A DNA stretch of 24,000 nt from assembly GCF_013409065.1 (NCBI RefSeq), contig NZ_JACBZP010000001.1, positions 2,776,518-2,800,517 on the forward strand, read 5' to 3'. The notes under the pieces were generated by a model. It was not told the origin of the DNA. It was given only the letters and a program-made list of their open reading frames with translations, and searched no databases. The DNA is from Spelaeicoccus albus (GTDB lineage Bacteria; Actinomycetota; Actinomycetes; Actinomycetales; Brevibacteriaceae). The position numbers and the translations under genes were made by a program. This document shows, piece after piece, positions 1 through 9,533 of the stretch (positions are counted from its first letter, which is position 1; each line of letters begins with the position of its first letter).

Positions 1-227
1 TATTTGACGGCGTCGTCCACCGTAGCGAGATCCTTGACCTTGTCGTCGGGAATCTTCACGCTGAACTTTTCTTCGGCGTTGACCACGATGGTCATCATCG
101 AGATCGAGTCGATGTCCAGATCGTCGACGAACGACTTGTCCGGCTCGACGGCTTCGACGGCCAGACCGGTCTCTTCATTGACGATTTCGGCGAGGCCGCT
201 GAGGATTTCTTCTTCGGAATATGCCAT
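1..227 (-). CDS. acpP: Acyl carrier protein (N-terminal ~75 codons; 3' end runs off the window start)
   Basis: Reverse-strand ATG at 227..225 lies 4 nt after an AAGGAAG SD. Translation is MAYSEEEILSGLAEIVNEETGLAVEAVEPDKSFVDDLDIDSISMMTIVVNAEEKFSVKIPDDKVKDLATVDDAVK, with the phosphopantetheine-attachment DLDxDS motif. It lies downstream of fabD-fabH. Confidence 0.9.
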   Translation of the reverse strand, partial: MAYSEEEILSGLAEIVNEETGLAVEAVEPDKSFVDDLDIDSISMMTIVVNAEEKFSVKIPDDKVKDLATVDDAVK

Positions 228-307
228 TGTGCTTCCTTTATCTTGTGGTCGTGCGTGTTATTCGCGATTGCTTTATTACTGTGGTGAACAAGTCCCCGGG
301 AGGGATA

Positions 308-1327
308 CTACGGCAGCACCACCACTTGTGCGCCATAGACAAGCCCGGCACCGAAGCCGATTTGCAAAGCAAGTCCTCCGTGCAAGCTTGGGTTTTCACG
401 CAGCAGGCGCTCCGTGGCCAAGGGAATCGAGGCCGCCGACGTATTTCCATTATCGGCGATATCGCGGCCGATCGTGACATGGTCGGGCAGTTTCAATTGC
501 TTGGCCAGTTCGTCGATGATGCGCATGTTCGCCTGGTGAGGGATGAACGCGCTGAGATCGGATGCTTTGATGCCGGCGACCTCGAGCGCTTCCTTGGCGA
601 CCTTGGCCATGTCCCAGACCGCCCATCGGAAGACCGTGGGCCCCTCCTGGCGGAGTGTCGGCCACGGCGTGTCCTTGTCGTCGCGCCAGTCGAGGCTGGA
701 CGACGTGACGCTGATCGTGTCCCAATTCTCACCCTTGGAACCCCACACGCTCGGCGCAATCCCGGGCGTGTCGCTTCGAGCAATTACTACGGCGCCGGCG
801 CCATCGCCCAGCAGGAATGAAATGGTGCGGTCGGTCGGATCGATGAAGTCGGAAAGCTTCTCCACGCCGATGACCAGGATGTTATCGGCCGCTCCGGCAC
901 GGACCATCGCGTCGGCCTGGGCGATTCCGTAGCAGTATCCGGCACACGCGGCCGAGATGTCCCACGCCGGAACGGGACCGGTACCAAGCTTTGCCGTCAA
1001 GAACGAAGCGGCGGACGGCGTCGGGTACGGAAATGTGACAGTGGCAACAAGAATCGCGCCGATGTCCGCCGGTGCCAGTCCGGCGTTGGCGATGGCTTCG
1101 ATTGCCGCCTCTTCAGCCATGTCGACGACGCCGACGTCCTTGGGGGCGCGACTGCGGGTGATGATACCGGTGCGCTGACGAATCCACTCGTCGGAGGAAT
1201 CGATGGCTTCGACCAATTCGGAATTCGGCACCGACTGTTCGCCGCGGCTGCCGCCGATTCCCACGATGCGCGAGTGCTTGGCGGTCTTCATCTGGGAAAG
1301 CGTCGGCTGATGGTGCAAAAGACTCAT
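308..1327 (-). CDS. fabH: 3-oxoacyl-ACP synthase III (KAS III)
   Basis: 339-aa ORF with the FabH Cys-His-Asn triad contexts (DISAACAGYCYG, IPHQANMRII, NGNTSAASIP) and SSDEWIRQRTGI. The ATG at 1327 overlaps the fabD stop (ATGA). An alternative start is the internal Met at 1291 (MKTAKHSRIVGIGG). Confidence 0.95.
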   Translation of the reverse strand: MSLLHHQPTLSQMKTAKHSRIVGIGGSRGEQSVPNSELVEAIDSSDEWIRQRTGIITRSRAPKDVGVVDMAEEAAIEAIANAGLAPADIGAILVATVTFPYPTPSAASFLTAKLGTGPVPAWDISAACAGYCYGIAQADAMVRAGAADNILVIGVEKLSDFIDPTDRTISFLLGDGAGAVVIARSDTPGIAPSVWGSKGENWDTISVTSSSLDWRDDKDTPWPTLRQEGPTVFRWAVWDMAKVAKEALEVAGIKASDLSAFIPHQANMRIIDELAKQLKLPDHVTIGRDIADNGNTSAASIPLATERLLRENPSLHGGLALQIGFGAGLVYGAQVVVLP

Positions 1328-2256
1328 GAGCGGTCCTCAGGGTGGATGTGCCGCGCGACGAATTCGCGGGCCGAATCAAGGTCGTCCGCCGAATTCAGCG
1401 AAAACCGTTCGACGTCCTTCAAGCCGCGCTTGGCCAAGCCGCTCAATGTGCCGGCAGGAGGTAACTCGAGCAGTCCGGTCACGCCGGCTCCGGCCATCGT
1501 CTCCATACACAGATCCCAGCGGACCGGATTGGCCACTTGCGTCACGAGACTGGCCAAATAGTCCCGGCCGGAGTTGACGGTTCGGCCGTCCGCGTTCGAC
1601 AAGAGCGGCACCGACGGATCGGCGACGGACATGCCGGCGGAGATCGCGGACAGTCGCTCTTTCGCCGGCGCCATGTGCTTGGTGTGGAAAGCGCCGGCGA
1701 CCTTGAGCGGCATGACGCGCGCTTTGGCGGGCGGATCGTCCTTCAGCGCGGCGAGTTCATCGAGTGTGCCGGCCGCGACCGTCTGCCCGCCGCCGTTCGC
1801 ATTGGCCGCCGTGAGACCGTGGCGGGCAAGCGTGTCCGCCACGTCGTTTGGTTCACCGCCGAGCACGGCGCTCATACCAGTCGGTACTTCGGCGGCCGCC
1901 GCGGCCATCCGGGCACCGCGTTCGCGCACGAACACCATCGCCTGTTCGGCCGTGAGTACGCCGGCGAACGCCGCCGCGGCGATTTCGCCGACCGAATGGC
2001 CGGCCGTGATGCCGGCGCGGTCGCCGTCGCCGAGAAGCACGTCGGCTGCCAAGATCCCGGAAGCGACGAGCAACGGCTGCGCGATTGCCGTGTCCTTGAT
2101 GGTCTCTTCGTCGGATTCGGTGCCGTGTGCGACCAGATCGATGTCGGCGACTGCCGACAACCAGGTCAACCGGTCACGGAATCCGGGAACCTCGAGCCAG
2201 CTACTCAAGAAGCCCGGCTTTTGGGAGCCTTGGCCCGGGAAAACTAATGCAAGCAC
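1324..2256 (-). CDS. fabD: Malonyl-CoA:ACP transacylase
   Basis: 310-aa ORF with FPGQGSQ and the active-site GHSVGE motif. GTG start at 2256 is preceded by AGAAGG. Confidence 0.95.
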   Translation of the reverse strand: MLALVFPGQGSQKPGFLSSWLEVPGFRDRLTWLSAVADIDLVAHGTESDEETIKDTAIAQPLLVASGILAADVLLGDGDRAGITAGHSVGEIAAAAFAGVLTAEQAMVFVRERGARMAAAAAEVPTGMSAVLGGEPNDVADTLARHGLTAANANGGGQTVAAGTLDELAALKDDPPAKARVMPLKVAGAFHTKHMAPAKERLSAISAGMSVADPSVPLLSNADGRTVNSGRDYLASLVTQVANPVRWDLCMETMAGAGVTGLLELPPAGTLSGLAKRGLKDVERFSLNSADDLDSAREFVARHIHPEDRS

Positions 2257-2302
2257 TATCCAACCTTCTCTTGTGGGACGCGGACGACCTCGATAACGAC
2301 AG

Positions 2303-3580
2303 CTACCAACCTTGGGTGGAAGTTTTGGAGGGTGTGGACAAGGCGCCCTGTTGTTTCAACCGGCCGAGGACAAGCGCCGTTCGGACAACGTACGATTCGC
2401 GTGCGGCGGTCGGGTCCCAGCCGGAGACATCCGTTGCTTTGCGCAATCGGTATCGAACGGTGTTCGGGTGCACGAAAAGCTCCCGGGCAGTGGCTTCAAG
2501 AGAGTTCCCGCACTCGAGATAAATGGTCACGGTGTCCAATAGACTGCCGCCGGCATCGTCCAGCGGTGCGTAGATGCGGTCGATCAGTTCCCGGACGGCG
2601 ACGCGGTCACCCGCCAAAGCCCGTTCCGGCCACAAATCGTCGGCCGAGACGGGCCGCGGCGCGCCGGGCCAACCGCCGACCGCGTGCCGACCGGCGAACG
2701 CGGCGGCCGCCGACGTACCGGCTTCGGCCAGCGAGGGGACAACCGGGCCGAGCACCACTTGGCTCGGACCGAATTTGTCGGCAAGCGCGGCGGCCGCCGT
2801 GCGGAAGTCCTTGGCTCCGCCCAGGACGACGATGAGCCTGTTTTCCTGGATGCCCACGAGCGCATCCTCGGCAACGCGGCGCGCCGAGCGCCGAAGGTCG
2901 TCGGTCAATTGCGGGGTGGGTCGGAACGGCGCCTGCCCGACTATTACTGCTACTTCGCCGACCGAACGCCAGCCAAGCGCGGCGGTGCGGGACGTCAGGG
3001 CATCGACCGATTCACCGCGGACCAGGGCGTCGACGACGAGCGCTTCCAGGCGAGCGTCCCAATTGCCGCGGGCTTCGGCTGCTCGGGCGTACACATCGGC
3101 TGCGGCAAAGGCTACCTCGCGAGAGAACAACAGAACCGCTTCGCGCAAGGACTGGTCCTCGTCGCCTTTGCCGAGGTCCGGCACGCGTTCTTCGACCACT
3201 TCGACGACGACGCGAACGAGCTGGAGGGTTTGCTGCAGCGTGATGGCGCGCGTCAATTCACGCGGCGCCGTACCGAAGATATCGGCCACGACCCAGAGCG
3301 GGGCGTCGGGTTTGCGGTACCAGTCGACGAATGACGTGATCCCCGCCTGAGCGACGAGTCCGACCCACGACCGATCAGCCGGCTGCATTGCCCGATACCA
3401 CGGCAACGTCGAATCGAGTCGTTGAAGCGTTGCGGTGGACAGCTCGCCGATACCGGCCTTGAGGCGTCGTCCGGTGGCGGCGCGGTGACGGAGGGTGTCG
3501 CGGCCGCGACTTGCCGAGTCGGCTGCGCTGCGCTTCCCGGGGGCCTTTGCAGACTTCGGGCGCGCGGTGTTTTCGGGCAT
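2303..3580 (-). CDS. PucR-family transcriptional regulator, FasR(SCO2386)/MabR(Rv2242)-like by position upstream of fabD
   Basis: The C-terminal PucR-type HTH is present (LEATARELFVHPNTVRYRLRKATDVSGW). I place the start at the internal ATG 3580 (MPENTARPKS...). The 504-aa track ORF extends back through the intergenic palindrome, and that N-terminal stretch looks non-coding. Confidence 0.85.
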   Translation of the reverse strand: MPENTARPKSAKAPGKRSAADSASRGRDTLRHRAATGRRLKAGIGELSTATLQRLDSTLPWYRAMQPADRSWVGLVAQAGITSFVDWYRKPDAPLWVVADIFGTAPRELTRAITLQQTLQLVRVVVEVVEERVPDLGKGDEDQSLREAVLLFSREVAFAAADVYARAAEARGNWDARLEALVVDALVRGESVDALTSRTAALGWRSVGEVAVIVGQAPFRPTPQLTDDLRRSARRVAEDALVGIQENRLIVVLGGAKDFRTAAAALADKFGPSQVVLGPVVPSLAEAGTSAAAAFAGRHAVGGWPGAPRPVSADDLWPERALAGDRVAVRELIDRIYAPLDDAGGSLLDTVTIYLECGNSLEATARELFVHPNTVRYRLRKATDVSGWDPTAARESYVVRTALVLGRLKQQGALSTPSKTSTQGW

Positions 3581-3598
3581 GGTCAGATCATAGTTGGT

Positions 3599-3619
3599 GA
3601 TTGTAGTGAATCCACAATC
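3599..3619 (-). promoter_or_regulatory. Candidate -10 (TACAAT, minus strand, 3605..3600) embedded in inverted repeat GATTGT-N9-ACAATC upstream of the regulator gene
   Basis: The plus strand reads GATTGTAGTGAATCCACAATC. The minus-strand TACAAT ends 19 nt before the ATG at 3580. No clear -35 is visible. Confidence 0.3.
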
Positions 3620-3691
3620 GTGGTGGGGATTCCGACAAAACGGAAGGCACCGGGAGGCCCTCGCCGCCGTCAGTATCGCCGCAGCCCGCGC

Positions 3692-3820
3692 CGAGTGGTG
3701 GCCAGTGGCTGTCCGCTCGCGCCGAGTGGTGGCGAATGGCTGCGAAATCATTGATTTCGCAGCCATTCGCCACCACTCGGCGGGCGGGGCGGGGCGGCAA
3801 CGACCATTCGCCACCACTCG
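3692..3820. repeat. Nested inverted repeats built from four copies of the motif CGAGTGGTGGC[G/C]A[A/G]TGG; the inner pair forms a 63-bp perfect palindrome (3720..3782)
   Basis: Forward copies are at 3692-3708 and 3723-3739; reverse copies are at 3764-3780 and 3804-3820. Segment 3720-3750 is the exact reverse complement of 3752-3782, with one central T. The element lies just after the aceE stop (3841) and ~140 nt upstream of the regulator start. Confidence 0.9.
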
Positions 3821-3840
3821 ATCCGGGGCGAGCCGGGAGT

Positions 3841-6597
3841 CTAGGAGTCGCCGCCGCCGTTGCCGGACGAACCGGCAGTCGCATCGTGCAGACGGTACTT
3901 CTCGACGGCCTCGGCAGCCTGCGCCCGATCGATGGCGCCGGCATTGGCCAGCGACAACAGTGCGCGGACGACGACGGACGGCCCGTCGATCTTGTAATGA
4001 CGCCGCGCGGCCGAGCGGGTATCCGAGATCGCGAAATCGTCGGCGCCCAGCGACTGGAAGTCGGCCGGCACATACTGCCTGATCTGATCCGGGACGGCGC
4101 GCATATAGTCGCTCACGGCCACGACGGGACCGTCGGCGTCCTGCAGCTTCTGCGTCACATACGGCACGCGCTGCTCGGCGGTCGGATCAAGCAGTTGCGC
4201 CGATTCGGCCTCCATTCCGTCGCGCCGAAGTTCGTTCCACGACGTGACCGACCAGACGTCGGCACGCACGCCCCAGTCGTCCCTGAGCAGCTGCTGGGCC
4301 TCGAGCGCCCACGCCATGGCGACGCCGGACGCCAGCAGCTGGACTGCCGGGCCGGAGCCCTCGCCCGGGGCAAGCAGGTAGATGCCCTTCAACAAGCCTT
4401 CAACGTCGAGATTCTCCGGCTCCTTGGGCTGAACGATCGGCTCGTTGTACAAGGTGATGTAGTACATCTTGTTCGGGTCCTGGCGTGGATCGTCCGGATC
4501 GTACATCCGGGCCAGGCCGTCTTTCATGATGTGGCCGATCTCGTACCCGTAAGCCGGGTCGTACGTGATAACGGCCGGGTTCGTCGAGGCAAGCAGCGGC
4601 GAATGGCCGTCGCCGTGTTGCAAGCCCTCACCCGTCAGCGTCGTCCGGCCGGCCGTGGCGCCGAGGATGAATCCTCGCGACATCTGGTCGCCGGCAGCCC
4701 ACATGGCATCGCCGGTGCGTTGGAATCCGAACATCGAATAAAAGATGTAGATCGGGATCATCGGCTCGCCGAGCGTCGAGTACGCAGTGGCCGCGGCCGT
4801 GAACCCGGCCATGGCCCCGGCTTCGCTGATGCCCACGTGCATGATCTGTCCGCTCTTGGATTCCTTGTACGCCAAGAACAATTCGCGGTCGACCGACACG
4901 TAGTTCTGGCCGTGCGGGTTGTAGATCTTCGCGGTCGGGAAGAACGAGTCCATGCCGAACGTGCGCGCTTCGTCCGGAACAATCGGCACGATGCGCTTGC
5001 CGAACTCCTTGTCGCGCATCAGATCCTTGAGCAGACGGACGAACGCCATGGTGGTGGCGATCTCCTGTTTGCCGGAACCGCGGGCCACCACCTCGTACGA
5101 CTTGTCGCCGGGTAGGGCCAGCTGCTTATGTTCGGTTGACCGGGCCGGCTGCGCGCCGCCGAGCCGTTCGCGGCGTTCCAGCAGGTACTTGATTTCCGGA
5201 GCGTCGGGGCCGGGGTTGTAGTACGGCGGCAGATATGGGTCGGCCTCGAGCTCGGAGTCGCTGATCGGGATCGACAAGTGATCGCGCAGCAGCTTCAGGT
5301 CGTCGAGCGTGAGCTTCTTCATCTGGTGCGTCGCATTGCGTGCTTCGAAGTGCGGCCCGAGGCCGTACCCCTTGACGGTCTTGACGAGGATGACAGTCGG
5401 CTCACCGGAGTGCTCGACCGCAGCCTTGTAGGCCGCGTACACCTTGCGGTAGTCGTGGCCGCCGCGCTTGAGGTTCCAGATCTTCTCATCGGAGTAGTCG
5501 TGCACCATCTGCTTGGTGCGCGGATCGCGGCCGAAGAAGTTGTCGCGCACGAACGCGCCCGACTCGCCCTTGTAAGTCTGATAATCGCCGTCCGGCGTCG
5601 CGTTCATCAGATTCACGAGCGCACCATCGCGGTCGGCGGCCAGCAGCGGATCCCATTCACGGCCCCACACGACTTTGATGACGTTCCACCCGGCGCCGCG
5701 GAAGTACGATTCCAGTTCCTGGATGATCTTGCCGTTGCCGCGGACCGGCCCGTCCAAGCGCTGCAGATTGCAATTGATGACGAACGTGAGATTGTCGAGA
5801 CCGTTGGTGGCCGCGGTCTGCAACAGCCCGCGGCTTTCCGGTTCGTCCATTTCGCCGTCGCCCAGAAATGCCCACACGTGCTGGTCCGACGTGTCCTTGA
5901 TTCCGCGGCCGTCGACGTATTTGTTGAACAGTGCCTGGTAGATGGCGTTCATCGGGCCGATGCCCATCGATACCGTCGGGAATTGCCAGAACTCCGGCAT
6001 GTGCCGCGGATGCGGATAGGACGGAAGTCCCGGCTTGCCGTCGACGACGTGGGAAGCCTGCTGGCGGAATCCGTCGAGGTCCGATTCGCTCAACCGGCCT
6101 TCCAAGAACGCCCGGGCGTACATTCCCGGGGATGCGTGGCCTTGATAGAACACCTGGTCGCCGCCGCCAGGATGATCCTTGCCGCGGAAGAAGTGGTTCA
6201 TGCCCACCTCGTAGAGCGTTGCGGAGGAGGCATAGGTGGAGATGTGTCCGCCGACGCCGATACCGGGCCGCTGGGCGCGATGCACCATGACGGCGGCATT
6301 CCAGCGCAGCCATTTGCGGTACCGGCGTTCGACTTCCTCATCGCCCGGGAACCACGGTTCGAATTCGGGGCTGATCGTGTTGACGTAGTCGGTGGTCGTG
6401 ACGCTCGGCACGCCGACATTATTGATGCGGGCCTGCTGAAGCATGCTCAGCATCACGTAGCGCGCGCGGGAGCGTCCACGTTCGCTCACGAGCCCGTCGA
6501 ATGACTCGAGCCACTCGGCTGTCTCTTCGGGGTCGATGTCCGGAACCTGGCTCGGCAGGCCGTTCAGGATGGGCCCTGCGTCGTCGCGTGTAGCCAC
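3841..6597 (-). CDS. aceE: Pyruvate dehydrogenase E1 component (homodimeric type)
   Basis: Very long ORF with near-colinear similarity to actinobacterial AceE ([66 protein letters not shown]). I prefer the GTG at 6597 (VATRDDAGP...), which is preceded by GAGAGGAAA. The track ATG at 6630 is 11 codons upstream. Confidence 0.97.
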   Translation of the reverse strand: MATRDDAGPILNGLPSQVPDIDPEETAEWLESFDGLVSERGRSRARYVMLSMLQQARINNVGVPSVTTTDYVNTISPEFEPWFPGDEEVERRYRKWLRWNAAVMVHRAQRPGIGVGGHISTYASSATLYEVGMNHFFRGKDHPGGGDQVFYQGHASPGMYARAFLEGRLSESDLDGFRQQASHVVDGKPGLPSYPHPRHMPEFWQFPTVSMGIGPMNAIYQALFNKYVDGRGIKDTSDQHVWAFLGDGEMDEPESRGLLQTAATNGLDNLTFVINCNLQRLDGPVRGNGKIIQELESYFRGAGWNVIKVVWGREWDPLLAADRDGALVNLMNATPDGDYQTYKGESGAFVRDNFFGRDPRTKQMVHDYSDEKIWNLKRGGHDYRKVYAAYKAAVEHSGEPTVILVKTVKGYGLGPHFEARNATHQMKKLTLDDLKLLRDHLSIPISDSELEADPYLPPYYNPGPDAPEIKYLLERRERLGGAQPARSTEHKQLALPGDKSYEVVARGSGKQEIATTMAFVRLLKDLMRDKEFGKRIVPIVPDEARTFGMDSFFPTAKIYNPHGQNYVSVDRELFLAYKESKSGQIMHVGISEAGAMAGFTAAATAYSTLGEPMIPIYIFYSMFGFQRTGDAMWAAGDQMSRGFILGATAGRTTLTGEGLQHGDGHSPLLASTNPAVITYDPAYGYEIGHIMKDGLARMYDPDDPRQDPNKMYYITLYNEPIVQPKEPENLDVEGLLKGIYLLAPGEGSGPAVQLLASGVAMAWALEAQQLLRDDWGVRADVWSVTSWNELRRDGMEAESAQLLDPTAEQRVPYVTQKLQDADGPVVAVSDYMRAVPDQIRQYVPADFQSLGADDFAISDTRSAARRHYKIDGPSVVVRALLSLANAGAIDRAQAAEAVEKYRLHDATAGSSGNGGGDS

Positions 6598-6896
6598 TCG
6601 GTTTCCTCTCGTAATTCGCGCTGGGGTCACCCGCGTCAGCTGTCAGGAAGTCGGCGCCCGGATGGTGTACGCGCACGCCGCACCCTCTATCGTTCCACTT
6701 ACCGGGCCGGGAACGAAACGCAGCCCGCGGTCGCGCCCGCCTGAGTGGGCACGGCGCGGGCGGGTGAATGGGTACGGCACGAGCAGCTGAATCGGCTTCA
6801 ATCGGTCGATTTACGTGCCGGGTGATCCGGACGGCGTGCGAGCGGGACGGCATCCGGCATACAGTGTTGCTAACTCTTGACGAAAGGAAGCGATAA

Positions 6897-7322
6897 GTGA
6901 GCGGGACTAGCTCCGCCCCGAACGCGGAGAAAAATCTGGCCGAACAACTCGGGTTCAAACCCGGCCAAATCGTTCAGGAATTCGGGTACGACGACGATGT
7001 GGACTTCGATTTGCGGGAGTCGATCGAAGCCGTGATCGGAGCCGAACTCGAAGACGAGGACTATGCGGACGTCGTTGACGCCGCAGTCTTGTGGTGGCGC
7101 GACGATGACGACGATCTGATCGATGGTCTCGTCGATGCGCTGACGGCGCTCGACGACGGGGGAGTGGTGTGGCTGTTCACTCCGAAGCCCGGGCGCGACG
7201 GGCACGTGCCCCCGGGTGAAATCTCCGAATCGGCGCCGACTGCGGGTTTGCACGTCACCTCGACCGTGAGCGCTTCTCCGGATTGGTCGGGTACCCGCTT
7301 GGTGAACCGCAAGATGAACTGA
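6897..7322 (+). CDS. DUF3052-family conserved actinobacterial protein (Rv2239c-like)
   Basis: 141-aa acidic protein (LGFKPGQIVQEFGYDDDVD...VLWWRDDDDDL...VWLFTPKPGRDGHV). GTG start at 6897 follows GAAAGGAAG. The position between aceE and an AhpE-like gene matches the mycobacterial arrangement. Confidence 0.85.
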   Translation: MSGTSSAPNAEKNLAEQLGFKPGQIVQEFGYDDDVDFDLRESIEAVIGAELEDEDYADVVDAAVLWWRDDDDDLIDGLVDALTALDDGGVVWLFTPKPGRDGHVPPGEISESAPTAGLHVTSTVSASPDWSGTRLVNRKMN

Positions 7323-7813
7323 TGCGCGAACTGGTCGGCTCACCGGCTCCGTTCTTCGCCCTCGACGATCAATTCGGACAGCGGCACACGCCGGGCGACT
7401 ACGCTGGCACGTCATTGCTGATCGTGTTCTTTCCTTTTGCGTTCTCACCTATCTGCAGTTCCGAAATGGGTGAATTGAACGAGCTGGCCGGCGAGGCCGA
7501 GGGCCGCGGCGGCTGGTCGGTCGTGTGCATCTCCGCCGATTCGAAATACGCGCTGCGCGAATTCGGCGATTCCCACGAGTTGTCGCTGACGATGCTCAGC
7601 GACTTCTGGCCGCACGGCGCCGCATCCGCCCGATACGGCGCTTTCGATGCCGCAAGCGGGCGTGCCGGGCGCGGAACCGTCGTCATCGCCCCGGACGGAA
7701 TCATCGACCAGGCCGAACTGTCCGACGCCGGGCATGCCCGAGACCTGGCAGGCTGGGTGCGAAGAGCTCGGACAATCGGCCTCGAATCGGGCTCGGCCGG
7801 TCGATCGGCGTGA
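7322..7813 (+). CDS. ahpE: 1-Cys/AhpE-like peroxiredoxin (AhpC/TSA family)
   Basis: The universal Prx motif PxxxSxxC is present in FFPFAFSPICSSE. The ATG at 7322 overlaps the DUF3052 stop (cTGATG). The 13 upstream codons of the track ORF overlap the preceding gene. Confidence 0.85.
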   Translation: MRELVGSPAPFFALDDQFGQRHTPGDYAGTSLLIVFFPFAFSPICSSEMGELNELAGEAEGRGGWSVVCISADSKYALREFGDSHELSLTMLSDFWPHGAASARYGAFDAASGRAGRGTVVIAPDGIIDQAELSDAGHARDLAGWVRRARTIGLESGSAGRSA

Positions 7814-8058
7814 CGCGGCGGTGTCGCCTGCCGGCCGTTCCGACGCCGACTTTGCGTCGTGAAGGCACCCGCGACATGCCGAAATCGAGCTTCTTCAAAA
7901 TTCTTATATAACTTTAAGATAACGGCGTCATTGCAGGTCAGCGCAATATAGTCTCTCTATGTTGCGATTAGGTAACGAACGAGGTTGAACTCTTGACTAT
8001 CGTTCGCAGTTGATTGCTTGTACAGTCGGATGTGGCCGCAATTCATAGACGGCCGTTC

Positions 8059-8136
8059 GAAGAGAATTTGTTCTCTTCACGACATACCAACCGACGCTGC
8101 CGTACACCTCACGTCGTCCGCACGGCAGCCGTTTTG
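8059..8136 (+). promoter_or_regulatory. Two stem-loops in the rpf 5' leader; the second is followed by a short T-run (possible attenuator)
   Basis: GAAGAGAA-tttg-TTCTCTTC at 8059-8078 has a perfect 8-bp stem. GCTGCCGT-N18-ACGGCAGC at 8096-8129 is followed by CGTTTTGG. Function unproven. Confidence 0.3.
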
Positions 8137-8213
8137 GAATTGCAAGTCAACCTGCATGGGAATGGACGACGGCGTGTGGAAGGTCGGGGACGGCCCGAGC
8201 GTAGGTGTCCTAA

Positions 8214-8945
<732 letters not shown>

Positions 8946-8965
8946 GCAGCAGAACCCCCGCGAAT

Positions 8966-9013
8966 GGTGGATAGGGGCCCGGTTACCCGTCGGTAACCGG
9001 GCACCTGTCCACC
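8966..9013. terminator. Long hairpin between convergent rpf and ribH (candidate bidirectional terminator); copy 1 of a repeated palindromic element
   Basis: GGTGGATAGGGGCCCGGTTACC-cgtc-GGTAACCGGGCACCTGTCCACC forms 22-nt arms with 1 mismatch and 1 G.T wobble. It is followed by TTTCGTCGTTG. Confidence 0.6.
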
Positions 9014-9032
9014 TTTCGTCGTTGTAGCACGA

Positions 9033-9533
9033 TCAAGCGTGCAGGCGGTCGAGGGTCAAAGCCGTCACGATCGCGGCCTCGGCGGCTTCGGCGCCCTTGT
9101 CCTCGGATGATCCCGGCAGGCCGGCTCGATCGAGTGCCTGCTTTTCGTCGTCACACGTGAGCAGACCGAAACCGACGGGCACCCCGGTGTGCACCGAAAC
9201 CTCCGTCAATCCGTTCGTGGCGGCCTGGCACACGTAGTCGAAGTGCGGCGTCCCGCCACGGATGACGACGCCCAACGCCACTATGGCCTGATATTTCCGG
9301 CTCGCCAGTACGGCGGCCGCCACACTGAGCTCGAAGCTTCCGGGAACTCGGACCAGCTCGGGATCGAGCCCGGCCTCGACGCACACACGCTGCGCTCCGG
9401 CAATGAGGCCGTCCATCACCTCTTCATGCCAGCTGGCGGCGACGATCGCCACCCTCATACGCCGGGGGATCACCGTCCCGTCGTCCAACGTTCCGCGCGA
9501 GATCCGGCTGGCTGCCCGTCCGGCATTGCTCAT
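9033..9533 (-). CDS. ribH: 6,7-dimethyl-8-ribityllumazine synthase
   Basis: 166 aa, colinear with actinobacterial RibH ([54 protein letters not shown]). The ATG at 9533 overlaps the ribBA stop (ATGA). Confidence 0.95.
   Translation of the reverse strand: MSNAGRAASRISRGTLDDGTVIPRRMRVAIVAASWHEEVMDGLIAGAQRVCVEAGLDPELVRVPGSFELSVAAAVLASRKYQAIVALGVVIRGGTPHFDYVCQAATNGLTEVSVHTGVPVGFGLLTCDDEKQALDRAGLPGSSEDKGAEAAEAAIVTALTLDRLHA

Noticed and set aside
3783-3798. G-run tract GGGCGGGGCGGGGCGG as a G-quadruplex
   Set aside because: There are only three runs of 3 or more G plus a GG. In a GC-rich genome this is weak on its own, so it is noted only as the spacer of the nested repeat.
3581-3817. N-terminal 79 codons of the 504-aa regulator ORF, and the mirror-image peptides VVANGCEI.DFAAIRHHSA seen on both strands
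   Set aside because: These codons run through the intergenic palindrome. The identical peptides on the two strands are simply a consequence of the inverted repeat. A better start with regulator-like sequence exists at 3580.
3736-6504. Long antisense or alternative-frame ORFs inside aceE (3736..5115 +, 5278..6504 +, 5657..6313 -)
   Set aside because: They lie entirely within the strongly supported aceE CDS, have Arg/Gly/Ala/Pro-dominated low-information sequence and no RBS. This is expected from GC-rich codon bias.
7841-7859. Small hairpin CGACGC-N7-GCGTCG after the peroxiredoxin stop, as a terminator
   Set aside because: It has only a 6-bp stem and no downstream T-tract. It cannot be distinguished from chance GC-rich self-complementarity.
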